A model generated the notes under the pieces. The model did no database searches, was not told the DNA's origin, and saw only the letters and a program-made list of their open reading frames with translations. A stretch of DNA of 64,000 bases from Camelus dromedarius (lineage: Eukaryota): the NCBI RefSeq assembly GCF_036321535.1, contig NC_087436.1:12834001-12898000 (forward strand). The letters are read 5' to 3'. The translations under genes and the position numbers were made by a program. This document shows positions 36,273 through 50,118 of this stretch, in pieces (within the stretch, counting starts at the first letter, position 1; every line of letters begins with the position of its first letter).

Positions 36273-37012
36273 GTAATAAGGAAAGAAGAAAAAAATAAAC
36301 ATGACTTTGTGTTTACCTTGCAATTTTAATGTGTTTTAAGTTATTTCCTCGGGTGGCAATTGCTGTTGTAGTTCTCTGATTTCTTAACCTGAGTGTGGAG
36401 TAAAGTTTATCATCTATACCAGTTAAAAGTTCCACATAAATAGCTGTTTGAAAAATGGTATTTAAACAGTTTCTTTCCCAGACAGTACATGCTGTCTACA
36501 ACTAATTCCTTAATATTTAAGTTTTTTCCCCTTCTGGTTACGGAATTAAAGTGTGATTATCTGTAAAAAAAAATGTGAAAAATATAAAGAAGTATAAAAG
36601 AATATAGACCTATATGTAATCTTACCACTGTCAGGTATTTGAATGACTTTCTTTTTGACATTTATTTCTGTGTATATGTATCAGTGCATTTTCTTCTGAG
36701 CTTTTTTCCTGTGTGTACATAAATATGTATCTTTTTAAAATCATGTTTGATATGTAAATTTGTTCCCAGCTTTTTTTCACTTACATCAAAAGCATATTCC
36801 TGTGAAAAATCACATCTTTTTAAATGGTGCCGTAGTATTATATCATTTAGATATTCTATAATCTGTTTTCCTAATGTTGGACATTAAAGTTTTTTAGTTT
36901 CCTGATTGTCCCTATCATAAGTAATGCTGTAATTTACTCTACGCCTAAAGCTTTTTCTGTATTTCAAATTATTTTGTTATGATAGTTTCCCAGAAAAGGT
37001 GTTAGCAGGTCA

Positions 37013-37160
37013 CTTTTTTTTTTTTAGGTTTTTTTTTTGGTGGGGGGAGGTAATTAGGTTTATTTACTTGTTTATACTTTTTGAGGGAGGTATTGGGGAT
37101 TGAACCCAGAACCTCATGCATGCGAGGCACACACTCTACCATTGAGCTATATGCTCCCCA
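37013..37160 (-). mobile_element. tRNA-derived camelid SINE (vic-1 type)
   Basis: rc: ggggagcatatagctcaatggtagag (A box)...gggttcaatcccc (B box), A-rich tail; flanking caggtca repeat at 37006-37012 and 37164-37170. Confidence 0.85.
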
Positions 37161-37707
37161 CAACAGGTCAAATATTCTTGAAGTTGACCCCCAAAGTAAA
37201 AATCATTTTCCAAAATGGGTAAATTGATACTTGCAGCGTATGAGAGGGTTCTTTTCAGCAGATTGCTTGTGTTTCTTTAAAAATATCTACTAATGTGATA
37301 AGTGGAAGTGAATATCTAATCTTTTAAAAACTGTTTATATAAAATTTTGAGTGAGGTTGAACTTTCTGATACCTTTCTTTGCTACTTGCAGGTTTTTTTT
37401 TTTTAAGTTGATACCATCCTCGGCTGATTTAATACCTTAGTATTTATATTTTGCTCTTAATGATATCCTTTATATATTAAGAATAATAAGTTTTTGTCAT
37501 CTATGTGGATATTTTCTCAGTTTAAATATGCCTTTTAATTCTCCTTTTTTCCTGCCTTTATTTTTGCTGTTGGGGTCATTTTGCAAACTTTTATATTTGT
37601 ATATGTTTTTATATTTCACCTTTTGAAGACAGTTTTAACATCAAGAGTCTAAAAATTTGCTTTGGAATAATCAACAAGAAGAAAACTTGAGTATTCTTTG
37701 ATTGCAG

Positions 37708-37857
37708 ATCTGGGACTTGGCTAGTGGCAAGTTAAAACTGTCATTAACGGGGCACATCAGCACGGTGCGCGGTGTGATAGTGAGCACCCGGAGCCCGTAC
37801 CTCTTCTCCTGCGGGGAGGACAAACAGGTCAAATGCTGGGATCTTGAGTATAACAAG
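37708..37857 (+). CDS. PLRG1: PLRG1 exon 9 (WD40)
   Basis: gcag|ATC...AAG|gtaagc; [23 protein letters not shown]...CWDLEYNK. Confidence 0.97.
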
Positions 37858-37946
37858 GTAAGCATGGAGTGAAGGATTTAAAACGTTAGGAGCCCCTTTG
37901 CCCTTTCTCACTGTAGACATTTTAACTTTCCTTCTTTATCCGTTAG

Positions 37947-38048
37947 GTTATAAGGCACTACCACGGACACCTGAGTGCAGTGTATGGCTTGGATTTACAC
38001 CCAACAATCGACGTGCTGGTGACCTGTAGCCGAGATTCCACGGCACGG
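37947..38048 (+). CDS. PLRG1: PLRG1 exon 10 (WD40)
   Basis: ttag|GTT...CGG|gtaagt; [34 protein letters not shown]. Confidence 0.97.
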
Positions 38049-38567
38049 GTAAGTGGAACAGAGCTCTGTGCCAACCTGGGCACATACTGCATCTCACAGT
38101 GTGCTTGTTTGATACTGCAGTCATATATTGTTTGACAGAGAATTTAAAGGTAGGTACCTTGACTCATCAATACCCTAGTCTCAGTTTCTTGACTTGTATG
38201 TTTTTTCCACCTACATCTTCAGTTCTGTGGCCTCGCCATGTTTATCATTGGAGTGCCCCACCCCTGACACTCTCACGTTCCAGTCTGACCAGAGCTGTGG
38301 TCCATTGGCTGCTTCATTCAGTGGCCCCACTAGACCTGTTCTAGACAGTAGGTTTCCAGATCTTTTAGCTTGTTTCCCCCATTGGCTGCCTCCTGTCTCC
38401 ATTCCCCAGCCAGCTCACAGGTGACGAGTTCACGTAAGCACTTTCTTGGTCATAGTCAAACAGGCACACACCGTTGTCTGGTAAAGTCCCAGGTATGAAT
38501 TGAGCTAGTGACCTGCCTGAGATACGAACACCTGTTCTCTGACAGTATGTCTGTTGTATTTTTATAG

Positions 38568-38670
38568 ATTTGGGATGTGAGAACTAAAGCCAGTGTCCAC
38601 ACGTTATCTGGACATACTAATGCGGTTGCTACCGTGAGGTGTCAAGCTGCAGAACCACAAATTATTACTG
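38568..38670 (+). CDS. PLRG1: PLRG1 exon 11 (WD40)
   Basis: atag|ATT...G|gtacga; [34 protein letters not shown]. Confidence 0.97.
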
Positions 38671-39389
38671 GTACGATCGCTGCTTTCCAGGTTTACAGTA
38701 CACTCATATCAGTGCATTAAGGTTATGTGTATGCTTTTCATCTTTACCATGGCTCTGGCTTTGTGTTGGATATACAGTGTTTCTGTGTGCATTTGAAATG
38801 TATTGTGGTAACGTTCCATTCGATTGTTTTATCTCATACTTTTTACGTATCATAGGATACGTCCTATGTTGTATAGTGTAACGTCTGACTAGAAAATGGT
38901 GCCGTTAGATGCAGCTAAGCCTTGTTTTATGGTATCAGAATTACCAGTCGGGGAATTGAAGTTAGAAGACAAAATACCCTGAGCAGATTTGAGTCTTGTT
39001 TCGCTTCTAATAAGGCTAATAGCAATGGATATTTACTCTGAGATTAGAAGATTATCCCCTCCCTTGATGTGTTTTGGTAACTAAAAAATCATTAAAGTTT
39101 TTTCCTTCTTCTCTTTCAGGGGATAATACCATGCATTTGTTTTATTTGTTATTCACATTTGTTTTAGCTGTTCAGATGACAGGACAACACACGTTTATTA
39201 CATTTGTTTAACAATTAAATTTAAAATCAGCCCCAAACTTTGGAACTATAAAGCAATTAGCTAAGAGTTAATATGACTTTTACTTAGTATATATGCGTCA
39301 ATGGAAGAGCGCTTCAGATTTTATTATGTTTTAATTTTTGCCCTTTTTTGCATTTATGTTTTGGGGTTGTGTGTGTATCTCCCTTACAG

Positions 39390-39498
39390 GAAGCCATGAC
39401 ACTACAATACGATTATGGGATTTGGTGGCTGGAAAAACAAGAGTCACATTAACAAATCACAAAAAATCAGTCAGGGCTGTGGTTTTGCATCCAAGACA
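39390..39498 (+). CDS. PLRG1: PLRG1 exon 12 (WD40)
   Basis: acag|GA...CA|gtaagt; [35 protein letters not shown]. Confidence 0.97.
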
Positions 39499-39971
39499 GT
39501 AAGTATATTTCCCTAAGCAAAGTCCTTCCGTTGGTTCTAGGTATAGTATAGAAATCGCAACATTAGTGCTAGTTTGGTCATCATTTGGCCTGTGCCACTT
39601 AGGAACATGCATTTCTTTTATTTTCCCTGTGTAGTATTTTGCTTCGTGCCCTTTATAAGAGAAGGAAAACTTCCTACACCGTGAAAAATGGTAATGTCAA
39701 ATGAGATAATCTGAATAAATCATGATGAAAAGCTGCGTGTCATAATAGAAGCTAATAGTAGCTAGATTTAGTGTTTTGGAAATAAATGGTAGTAGACACT
39801 GAGATATAAGTAGAATGGTTAATTTTTAAGGAGGAAGGTAGTATGCGTAGGGGAAAAAAGTAGTAGGAATCATGAACAGTGTAGTCAGGGTATCCAGAGA
39901 GATGGAGCGCAGCATCGCCTCCTGTCGTCTGTGACACCGCGTCACCCGGCACTTCTCTGGTCACATTCATG

Positions 39972-40116
39972 TCTTCTGTCCTCCTCCCTCTCCTGCTCTC
40001 CCTTACCTTTATTCCCTCTCTCCTTCTTCCTCCTTTTCTCTCTCCCTCTTGCCCTCTCTCTCTTTCCTTTTCTCCATTTCTTTTTCTCTCTCTCTCTGGC
40101 TTTTCTCTTGCTCTCA
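39972..40116. repeat. CT-rich low-complexity tract in PLRG1 intron 12
   Basis: Almost pure pyrimidine on the + strand. Confidence 0.85.
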
Positions 40117-40444
40117 CCAAAATAGTTACATCACCCCTCGCTCTTTATGTGAGTTTAAGGGTTTGCACATTTATTGCTTTAGCTCAGTGTTGAGCACTGG
40201 GGAAATGAAAGAAGAATAAAACTTTAATCTAGGGCTTAGAATACATTTAAAATAATTTGAAAATCTGGTTTAACTTGGAACAGATGTCGATGTTTTTCTC
40301 TCTTGGTATGACAATAATATTTTACTGAAACTACATAGATCATGACTACAGATGCAAAATACAACCATAATAAGCATTTTTAAAATCTGACATTTTATTT
40401 AGCTTGGTTTACTTTGTCATTAATTCTTTTTCATCTTATTTCAG

Positions 40445-40584
40445 TTACACGTTTGCATCTGGTTCTCCAGATAACATAAAACAGTGGAAATTCCCCGATG
40501 GAAGTTTCATTCAAAATCTTTCTGGTCATAATGCTATTATTAACACATTGACAGTAAATTCTGATGGGGTGCTTGTATCTGGAG
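40445..40584 (+). CDS. PLRG1: PLRG1 exon 13 (WD40)
   Basis: tcag|T...G|gtaaaa; [46 protein letters not shown]. Confidence 0.97.
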
Positions 40585-41072
40585 GTAAAATAAGATTTTT
40601 ATGATAGATATGTTTTAGTCCGTCATTTTTTTCTTTTAGTGAGTGAGTAAAATTCCTAAGTCATTATACTTAAGTATTATAGTAGAACTTGCCTTTTCAC
40701 TGTGTGTTTGAATGTTCATGTGTGTGTTCATGCATATTCCTAGTACCTGTAGCATATTTCATGGCTTAGCTCTCTTTAAGTTCTCACATTGATAAATCTA
40801 AGGGGTTTATGCCAGAAATCACCCAAAGTTGGCTTGTATATTCTAGAAATGAATGTCATCTTGTGGTGCTTCTTGAGATATGTAACAAATTCTGAATTGA
40901 GCACAAATGAAAGTCAACTGATACTAAGAGAAACGAGTGCCTGCGTCTTCCGTATCTTTATAACTGTAGTTATTGGCACAGTGCTTGGCTAATGATTGGT
41001 GCTTATTAATAAATGTTCATCAGACTGACTCATTAAAGGCTTACCAAGTTTAATTGTATCTTTCCCTTTAAG

Positions 41073-41266
41073 CTGACAATGGCACTATGCATCTTTGGGA
41101 CTGGAGAACTGGCTACAATTTCCAGAGAGTTCATGCCGCGGTGCAGCCTGGGTCCTTGGACAGTGAATCAGGAATATTTGCTTGTGCTTTTGATCAGTCT
41201 GAGAGTCGGTTACTAACAGCTGAAGCTGATAAAACCATCAAAGTGTACAGAGAGGATGATACAGCA
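41073..41266 (+). CDS. PLRG1: PLRG1 exon 14 (WD40)
   Basis: taag|CT...GCA|gtaagt; [17 protein letters not shown]...[12 protein letters not shown]. Confidence 0.97.
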
Positions 41267-41715
41267 GTAAGTTCCCTATTTCATACACATTTTAAAGGAA
41301 AGTAAATGTCATGCCAATTTTGCATGTGTTTTCTCATTTTAGAGTTAACTGTAATTATCAAAGGGAAAATAATCTTCATAGTAGTAAAGTATTTCTCATC
41401 TTGAGTAGTGTCTGCTCATAGATTTCTGTACTGCTTTCATTGATGCCAGCAATCCATAGATAGTTTTAATTTTATCTCAGCTTTCCTTGTTAAAGTTACT
41501 GGGAAAATCGTACACTGAGAGTAACGGCGAGTAAGTGGATTGCTATGCAGATTAATTCTAGAATCATAAACTTTGGTGTTATTAGAATATCTAAATAGCA
41601 ATTTTATTTAAGATGAAAAACCATAAACAATTAATAGTTGAATGAATTCATCCTTCATTAGATTCCAATAATGTCAAAAGTTGGTCACCTATTCTTAAAA
41701 AGAACTGCTAAATAT

Positions 41716-41840
41716 ATAATGCCAAGTAACATAATTTAGAATGAATACCTTATTTATGTTAGAAAGGAAGTTACAACACAACATTGTAAAATGACTATAA
41801 CTCAATAAAAAATGTTTATATATAAAAATTAAAAAAAAGT
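41716..41840 (+). mobile_element. Very short L1 3'-terminal insertion in PLRG1 last intron
   Basis: acaacattgtaaaatgactataactcaataaaaa L1 terminus + A tail; TSD tgctaaatat at 41706-41715 and 41841-41850. Confidence 0.75.
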
Positions 41841-41901
41841 TGCTAAATATGAAGCAAACCAATAATACTTTGTGTTAACTTGTTTACTTTTCTATTTTTA
41901 G

Positions 41902-41961
41902 ACAGAAGAAACTCATCCAGTCAGCTGGAAGCCAGAAATTATCAAGAGGAAGAGATTTTAA
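41902..41961 (+). CDS. PLRG1: PLRG1 exon 15 (last coding)
   Basis: ttag|ACA; TEETHPVSWKPEIIKRKRF*; the 15 exons sum to 1542 nt in frame. Confidence 0.97.
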   Translation, partial: TEETHPVSWKPEIIKRKRF

Positions 41962-42111
41962 TATGGCATTGTCTTCGTGGTGGTTCCAGTTTTGTTTGTT
42001 TGTTTTTGGTTTTTTTAGCTTGGCATTGATGAGACCATCCAGTCATTGTGCTCTGGCTAGGAATATAAAGCAAAACTCAGATGCTTGAATCATTGCTTCT
42101 TCATATTTTAC

Positions 42112-42117
42112 AATAAA
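42112..42117 (+). terminator. PLRG1: PLRG1 poly(A) signal (second AATAAA at ~42147)
   Basis: AATAAA 150 nt after the stop. Confidence 0.65.
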
Positions 42118-44539
42118 CTGTCCTCTCCCCTTGTTCTTATTTCTAAAATAAACAATTTGAGATCCTAGGAGGTAAGACGCAGATGTCAAGCATATGCAGG
42201 TTTTTGAGCATAGCTATTCTAAAGACAGAATGTTTTGTCACCTTTATTAAAACATACCCTTTTGTTTTTTAACTTACGAAACTGCTAACTCTAGTAGGAC
42301 GTGTTTTGACGGGAGCAATCTTTTTTTAATCCTTTGAAAACTAGTATCTGATAATTTGGGATTAAAGGATTGAAGACTTAATTTAAATTATGTATGTTTA
42401 TTCCACAGGCAGTTTTTGAGTGCGCATTCTGCACAGTTCTGCACTAGATAATGTTCAGGAAATAGACAAGCGAGATGAGTGTTTCCTTTAAGACTTCCGC
42501 TTGAGTGGCTTATTACAGAAATGCTGTCATAGAGGTACCGGCGAAAAGCCGGGGTCGCACAGAGGAAAAGACCATTCATTTTCCCCGGGACGGATTCTGG
42601 AAGACCTAAGAGTCAGTGGTAGTTGAGCTGAGACTTGAGAGGTCAGAGGAGGGAATGAGTGTTCTAAAATGAGGCGTGAAGTGGGTGAAACCAGACGTGG
42701 GACAGGTGTGTGTACCAGGGGTCCAGGAGCAAAGACGTGCCTGCTGCAGTCGACGCGGTTGGTGATGGGCAAAGCTCGTGTTTTGAGTTGCAGTTTTATG
42801 CCACAAGCAGTAGTTACCAGTATAGGTATCAAACCCTGGGGAAATAGCTGGAGCTACCAGTGGAGACACCTGAAGCCGTAGCAAGGCCTGCGGTCTTTTG
42901 CAAAGACTTTACAGAAAAGTGTTAACGTTTCTGATGCCTACGCCTCTTTCTGCTTTGTAAACCCTGTCTTTAAGGATCCCGATTCCCTAATCAGTCAAGA
43001 AAATTTGTCACACTTCACTTTCTGTAGTTAGAAAAAACAATTGCAGGAACAGTCGGTTTAAAATTTTGGTTTCAAATCTTAAAATTAGACCCTAATTTTG
43101 AATAAGCATTTCCAAATTATGCATACCCCGTCTTGCATGCCGTAGGTGGGAGTGTAGGTACTACAGCCTTTAGGAGGTTAGCTTCTCAGAGTATGCTGAA
43201 AATGTTTGGACTCTTTGGCTTCATTAGAAAGGAAGTTACTAGAAAACTGCCTGTTAGGAGCAATCTGCCAAGTATACACAATCAAGTTCATTGTACCTTT
43301 ATTTTTTAATTAAAACCAGCCCAGATGTCTTATCAGTAAGGGCCTAGTGTAATAAATACGGTATCTTCATGCAGTTTCTCTCCATTAAGAGTGAGAAATG
43401 TCTCTGGAATAATAAGATGTCCAAACTCTGCTCTTAGATAAAAAAGAAAGTTGTGCAAGTTTTTTTTTTTGTTTTTTTTTTTTGGTGAAACAACTTGTTA
43501 ACGTTCTAAATAATAATGGAGAAGTAACAGCACATTGTTACCAGTAGTTTTGTGAGGGAGTGGAATTATGGGAGAACTTTCATGATCGGCTTTATATATT
43601 TCTATAATGTTTTAATTTTCTATAAGCATGTATTTTGTAAACTTAAATAAAGAAAAAAATACCACTACACTTGCATCCCTGAGAGGTTCTACTACGCTTT
43701 CTAACAGAAGAAAAATCATAGAGGTGAATAGTATCCCAAAGCTCAGCCCTGAGGCCGAGGAGAAATTAATAAAAGGAGGTGAGAATGAGAGCGCCTAGTA
43801 CCCTGCCGAGCAAACCTGCAACTGTTGTGTTAGACGTAAGTGTCAGACGCTGAAGAATATGAAAAAAATCCATTTCCCAGCTTCATGCTGTCCTATGTTA
43901 ACAGTGTTCTCAAATACTCTTGCCAAGAGTCCACCTACCATATGTGGTCGTGAACCCCATGAAATTTTAAGCAGAATTTCATGCATGTGCCTTTTTTTAT
44001 TGGCAGAAACCCAGCCCAGGTTAACCCTAAGTCTGTCGCTCTGCCTATGCCTTGAGCACACTCCAGCTGTAAAATTTTAGAGAAAGGTAGCTGTGCCGAC
44101 TGGATTCGTTAATTCATAAGCACATACCTCAAGTGGGCCATCAACAGTGACTGTGTACGCACTTCTATCATTTTGCCTCCTGTTACAAAGGAAGAACTAC
44201 TCACCCAGGAACAGCATTGCCACGTGTACAGTTGTTGCCATGTACTCCTGCGTCCTCAAGGACTTTGCTTCCACAATTAACCCCTTCCTCTACTGCACCA
44301 TAAATTCCCTCCCTTTTTGCCAAATGATTCTCCTCAACAAATACGTTGTATTTAAATAAGTATTTAATATGTATATTCAAATAAGACTATTTTTTAAAAA
44401 TCACTAGACAATGATTCCTTCTGATATGCACCATTTCTTTGTTCCCACCATTTCTCTACCTTTTTATAACCTTCTAGCCTCATCTCTGATTCCTCATTTT
44501 CCTTTCTCTTAACTGACTCCAATCCAAAATAAATCTGTG

Positions 44540-46960
44540 AAACATAGTTCTTAAGAAAAGAAAAAGAAGAAACTTTAAAAAATAGTATGAAACAGTTGAC
44601 AGGAAATAAATTGGTGAAATAAAAAAGATGTAGAGTTAGTAAATAAACCTAAATGTTGATTTTTTTTTTTTTTTGGTATAAAATGAAGTAGACGAAACTA
44701 ACCAATTAAGAAGCAAAGAGAAGAATCATTGGTATCCTAATAAAAATGGCGAGGGGAGAATTCTGTCCAAATCCATGCTGTTGTGTTTAAACAGTCAAAT
44801 AAAATGGTTAAGTTTAAGAAAAATAAAATCTCATGACTGATTATAGAACATACAGAAAACCTAAACAGATTAACAGAGAAGAAACAGAATTCTCAAGGAG
44901 TTAACTCCTACCAGCACCACTTGCATACATCCCAAGCTCATCGAGATCCAGAATGAAATTCTAATTATAATGCACTTCAAATTTTTCTAGGACCTAGATA
45001 AAGAAGGAAATCTTTCGTGTTTTAAAATGTGAGTGTAACAGAGATACCCAAATTCAATAAAGCCCCAAGGGAATTGTGATTTCATTTTGCATATGAATAT
45101 TGAGCCAAAAATCATTAGTGAAGTCTATTGAAAGGATCAAGCAGCACATTTCCAAGTGGAATTTATTCTAAGAGTGCAAGGATGGTTCATTATTAAGAAA
45201 TAAATTAACAACTTACCATATTGCTTTATATAAGGAGAAAAATCATAAGCATCTTCATAGACAGTAGAGGCATTTCAATATTTAAAATCCATTCTTTGTT
45301 ACATAAAAAAAACTTACTAGACATAGGAACAGATGGATACGTTTAAAACTTAATTAAATCAAACTACTCTACCTCAGTTGTATATTGGGAAACACAAGAA
45401 GCATTTCTATTAACATCAAAACAAGACAAAGTTGTCCACCATCACTACTTTTTTTTCATTTTTTTTACAAGAACTTTCCACTACATTTAGAGTCAGGTAA
45501 GAAATTAGAAGTATAATAATTGGAAAGCAGGAAATAAAATTATCATTATTAGCACATGACTTAATTATACATCTGGGCAAAGAATTAACTGAAAATAGCG
45601 ATTGAATGTTAGACAACACTTTATTGCAAATAATTCGGATAAGCAAGAGCAACCAATATATGCAGAAAAATCACTTGACAGAATTCAAGGAAAGTACCAA
45701 GCCAGCGTTCTGAGAGAAAGAACGGGGAGATACGTCAAAATTTTTCTTAAAGAGTAATTAGGAAGTACTACTAAATTATTCTTTATGGTAGAGCACAGAG
45801 GCAGGCACAGGAATAATTAAAATCAGGAATAATAAAGGGGTATCTGCACTCATTTTTTAATTCAATATGGTTCTGGGAGTTTGAACAAGTGGGATAAGAA
45901 GGAAGTTAAATTATAATGATTTGTAGATAAGGCCATATAAAGCAACAGAAAATCTGTTAAAACTAATGCAAGTGCCCTATAAATGATTCCATGCAAGATA
46001 AATGTGGGACATGAAAATTAGTAGTTTTTCTTGATAACAGCAGTGAGCTAGCTGTTTGATTTGTCTAAAAAATAACCACCTTCACACTAAGAACAAAACC
46101 TATAGAGTAAGAATAGCTTTAACAAGAAATGTGGAATCTCTATGTAAAGGAACAAGAAATTATGAAACTCGAATGAAAGTTTTAAAGTCCTAATAAATGG
46201 AAAGACACACCTTGCCCCTGGAAGGAAAGACACAGATTTTTAAATATGCCTTTTTCCATAAAAATTAACAGATAAATTTAATATAATTCCTATAAGACTT
46301 GCAATGAGTTTTGTTGGAAGAACTTTATAAATTGATGCTCAAGTTTATGGATCATCATAGATTATCACAGATGAGCTGAAAGATAACCAATGTTTAAGAA
46401 ACTTTTGAAAGAGCAGACTCAGGAGAGGTGGGAGTGAGTCTTCTACCAGATACAAAAGCATATAATTATGTTGGAGTTGTTTGTTAACGCAGGAATAAAA
46501 ATTCAAATCAAGAGAAAAGAATAGTCAGCCCAGAAATGGATATAGATACATGTGGGAGCTTAGTATGCGCTCTGATATGGAAAAATTCCAATACTTTATT
46601 AAAATTAAAAAATGGGCACTAATCTTAGTGCAAGATTTATTTATACTTATCTAAGTGTAATATTTATTCATATAAATATTATGACATAGATATATGTTGA
46701 AGGACATATAAGAAACTAAACATTGGTATCTCTCTGAAATGGAATAGGGTCTTGGGTAGATGACAGGCTTTTAATGCACATTCTTTGGTATACAGAGCAT
46801 CTTCCCATGAATAGAGGATTGATGGATACATTATTCAGTACAAATAAATAACATGCTTTTCTTGAAAAGAATATAGTAGACATTAAAGTTGATGTGGAAA
46901 GACAGCCACAGACTATTGTGGAAAATGTGCATAACAGAATATATAGCATGATCGTAATGA
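44540..46960 (+). mobile_element. Highly degenerate old L1 ORF2 remnant
   Basis: A-rich with L1 motifs (ggaatttattctaagagtgcaaggatggttca; taaatggaaagacacaccttg; agcccagaaatgga). Confidence 0.65.
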
Positions 46961-47740
46961 AAAATATGTATTAATGTAAGTCTAAAAGGACATCAATTAA
47001 GCCTTCAACAAGAGCACAAAGTAGAGGCTAAGGTAAAATCTTTTACTTTCCATCTCATTGGGAATGAGTAACTACTACTTCCAGTCAAAATAGAAAATAT
47101 CAACCAGATAATCACATCCATTAGTTATGTTCTCACTCATACATAACTATTCCATATCCAGACATATTCATGGGAAAAAAAAACCCCTACAGTCTTTATC
47201 TCCCAGCTCTCAAAGCCCAACAGTGATAAAATATTTTCACTCAATAAAAAATTAGGTTAGTAGTAACTTTGAATGAAGACTGTGGCACAGGGAATACTAT
47301 GCTGCCATTAAAATGCAAAGTAGATTTGAACATGCTGATGTGGGAAAATGGCCAAAATAGATAGAAAAAAAAATTGCAAGAACATATTAAATAAATATAT
47401 AGACTTCTTTGAAGGTGGTTGATTGAATGTATATATCTAATTTTGCTTCTTCCCCAAACCTCATTAAAATGACAGTAGAGTTGTTTTTGTTTATTTCACA
47501 AAGATGAAAATATGCAAAGAGAAAAAAAGAACAGAAACAAAATTTTGGAAACAAGAAGGCATGTAGTCAAGTGGTAACCAACACCCTGGGGAAAGTGGAA
47601 TCTTAAGCTGTCGGGGGGGGGAAGCCAAAAAGGGATACCTATTTCATGCAGCAGAATCAGTCCTCAAAGACTAGGAAATGGACAACATCAAGCTAGAAAT
47701 TGGGGTAAGGGGAGACATTTAAAATGCTGAGGCTTTGTCT

Positions 47741-47846
47741 TTAGAGTTGACAGGTAAAATACAGGACACCCAGATAAGTGTGAATTTCAAATAAACAAAA
47801 ACTTTTTGGTGTAAATGTGGTCCCAATATTGCATGGGCTGTATACC
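47741..47846 (+). mobile_element. MER53-like hAT DNA transposon fragment (second fragment at ~48735-48790)
   Basis: agagttgacaggtaaaatacaggacacccag...gaatttcaaataaac...gtcccaatattgcatggg. Confidence 0.6.
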
Positions 47847-50118
47847 TATCATAAGAAAAACCAGCATTCATTGCCTTAGACATGGAGCTAAGAATGTGGT
47901 TTTTATTCTGCCATGTAATGTGTCAGCAATAGGAAATCATTCGAAGATGCTGAAACCAAGGAAAAAGTTAGATTTGAACCAACTGTATTTGAGGCCCTCC
48001 TCCGGCAAGGTGCTCTTCCCACGTGACCGAGTCAGTCCCCACCCACATTCACACATCATCGTTACTCAGCTGCACCAAACCCCTGGCTATTCTCAGAACA
48101 CACTGCACGCTTTCTCACCTCTGGTTCCGATCTCGTTGTCCATCTGGGAAGGTCTTTCTCTTTCCTCTTCTTTCATTATGCGAGTGAAGTCTCATTCAAA
48201 TGCCACTCGTTCTGTAAAGGGCTCCTGGTCAGAATGAACAGTCCTTCTTCCGCATTCCTGTGGCATTTCCAAGTGGACCGCTAGTGTGGTGCTGGTTTTA
48301 TGACACCTCATATCCCAGTTATGGATGGTTTTTGTCCACCGCAAAAGCAGCAGTCAGAATGTCTGAGCACCAAAGTAGGCAACCAAAGCACGTATAGAAA
48401 GAAATTAACTGAGATGCATCTTTGTATTTGTAAGTATCTTAAGCTAAAATTCTACATCATTCATATAAGAAGTTGCTTGATACTTACCTACAGTCTGTTA
48501 TCCCCAGGCCCCTCACTCTACCCTCTGCTCTGTATTTCTGTGGCTAGGGGCCAAAAAACAGCAACATTTCCTAGGCTTTTTTTGCCAACTGTCTTCCAGT
48601 TAGATTGTGCTCATAGGAGACACCATTAGGAACTCACACGGCAGGGAGATGGGAGAAGCCAGTATTTGTTCTCGCTGCACCTCTCTCCTTCCTTTGTAGA
48701 GAAGCATTCCTGGGAGCCATATCCATTCCAAGTAAGGTTGCCAGATTTAGCAAGTAAAAATAAAAGACACCCAACTAAATCTGAATTTAAGGCAGGCATC
48801 CGTGTTTCTTAGAATACCACTGCCTTCATTTTGTGTTTCGAGCAGGTTCTGGTCTGAATGACATTTCTGAGTTCTTACCACACCCACCCAAATGGGCCTC
48901 ACCGAGGCACCCTGGGATTGTGGGCTCTCTAGTAGTGGATAAATAGAAAAGCCTTCTGGAGCTTTCTTTTGGTCACCTGCTTTAAGAGTTACCGCCAGAC
49001 ACCAAAATCCAGCATTAGGCAATCAGCTTAGATCTCCCGAAACTAGTTCGAAAAATGTTAAGATTCGAATTTGGCTATTATTGTTTATATATCAGAAGCA
49101 AACCTGCCTGCAGCCTTTTAATGTTTTCATAAAGACTGGCAGAAAATACATTTTAAGACGTCCATATTATGATGCAAAATGAAAGATGCTTCCTCCTGAA
49201 GGTCTGGATTTAAAGGCAGAGAGAGAGAAATTAAAGATGAAAGTGAATGGATGAACAGTGTGGACAAACAAGAGACAAATCTTAGCTCTAGAATTCTCTA
49301 CCGCACTTCCCAATGGCTTGGACGCTGTTTTAGCAGAGGAATGTCTTGGAAGGCACCAATGCATGTCCATGTCTTAAGCTCAGCTTCCACGAAGTACTTC
49401 ATTGCTTTGTTGAATCAATAGCATTCTTGTTATTGTCAATCTCAGAATTTTTCATAGTGAAACTGGCTTTCTACTACATTTATCAACAAGCATTTTTTGA
49501 CAACTTCCTCTATTACAGTCAAGGCTGATGGCGCTGGGACTGTAACAATGACCAAGAATTTTCGTCTTGATTTTCTCACAAAAACCATTGGATCCTTAAT
49601 AACTCTTCCTCAGTTGGATGCATGCCTACCATCTCATAGAAAGCCAAGCCTGCTTCACTCTCAACTTCGCTCTTACATTTTTCTTTTCAGGTCCACTTGT
49701 AGAAATGTTAAATGCTGAGAAAATTTTTCTTCGATACATTTAGACTTCTGCTGGGTGCAGTTGGTTGCCATACGTGAACCGACCACTTTCATTCTAGAAG
49801 CTACAGAAAACATTCCATGCACGCACTTGTGTTCAGGTCCTTAAAAAAGAGCTTGGATCATTCCACAGAGTTCGATGAAGCAGGGCATGCCAGGTTGCTT
49901 TTGAAATGCTATGATATTTGTCATACGGGTCTGTTTTGAAAGAGTATATGGCACTTGGTTACTTAATTATGCTAATGTATCAAAATCGAAATATTAATAC
50001 TTGAGATTCACACATTATAGTTTCATTTGGTAAAAACTGACGTTTACTGAATTCTTCTGCCTTCTGGTGGGGAAAGGGGAGTGCTTACAACCTATTAAAA
50101 TTGGGATCCTCCCATTTA

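Noticed and set aside
39752..40193. Arg/Glu-rich and Leu/Ser-rich ORFs
   Set aside because: Translations of a CT-rich low-complexity intronic tract
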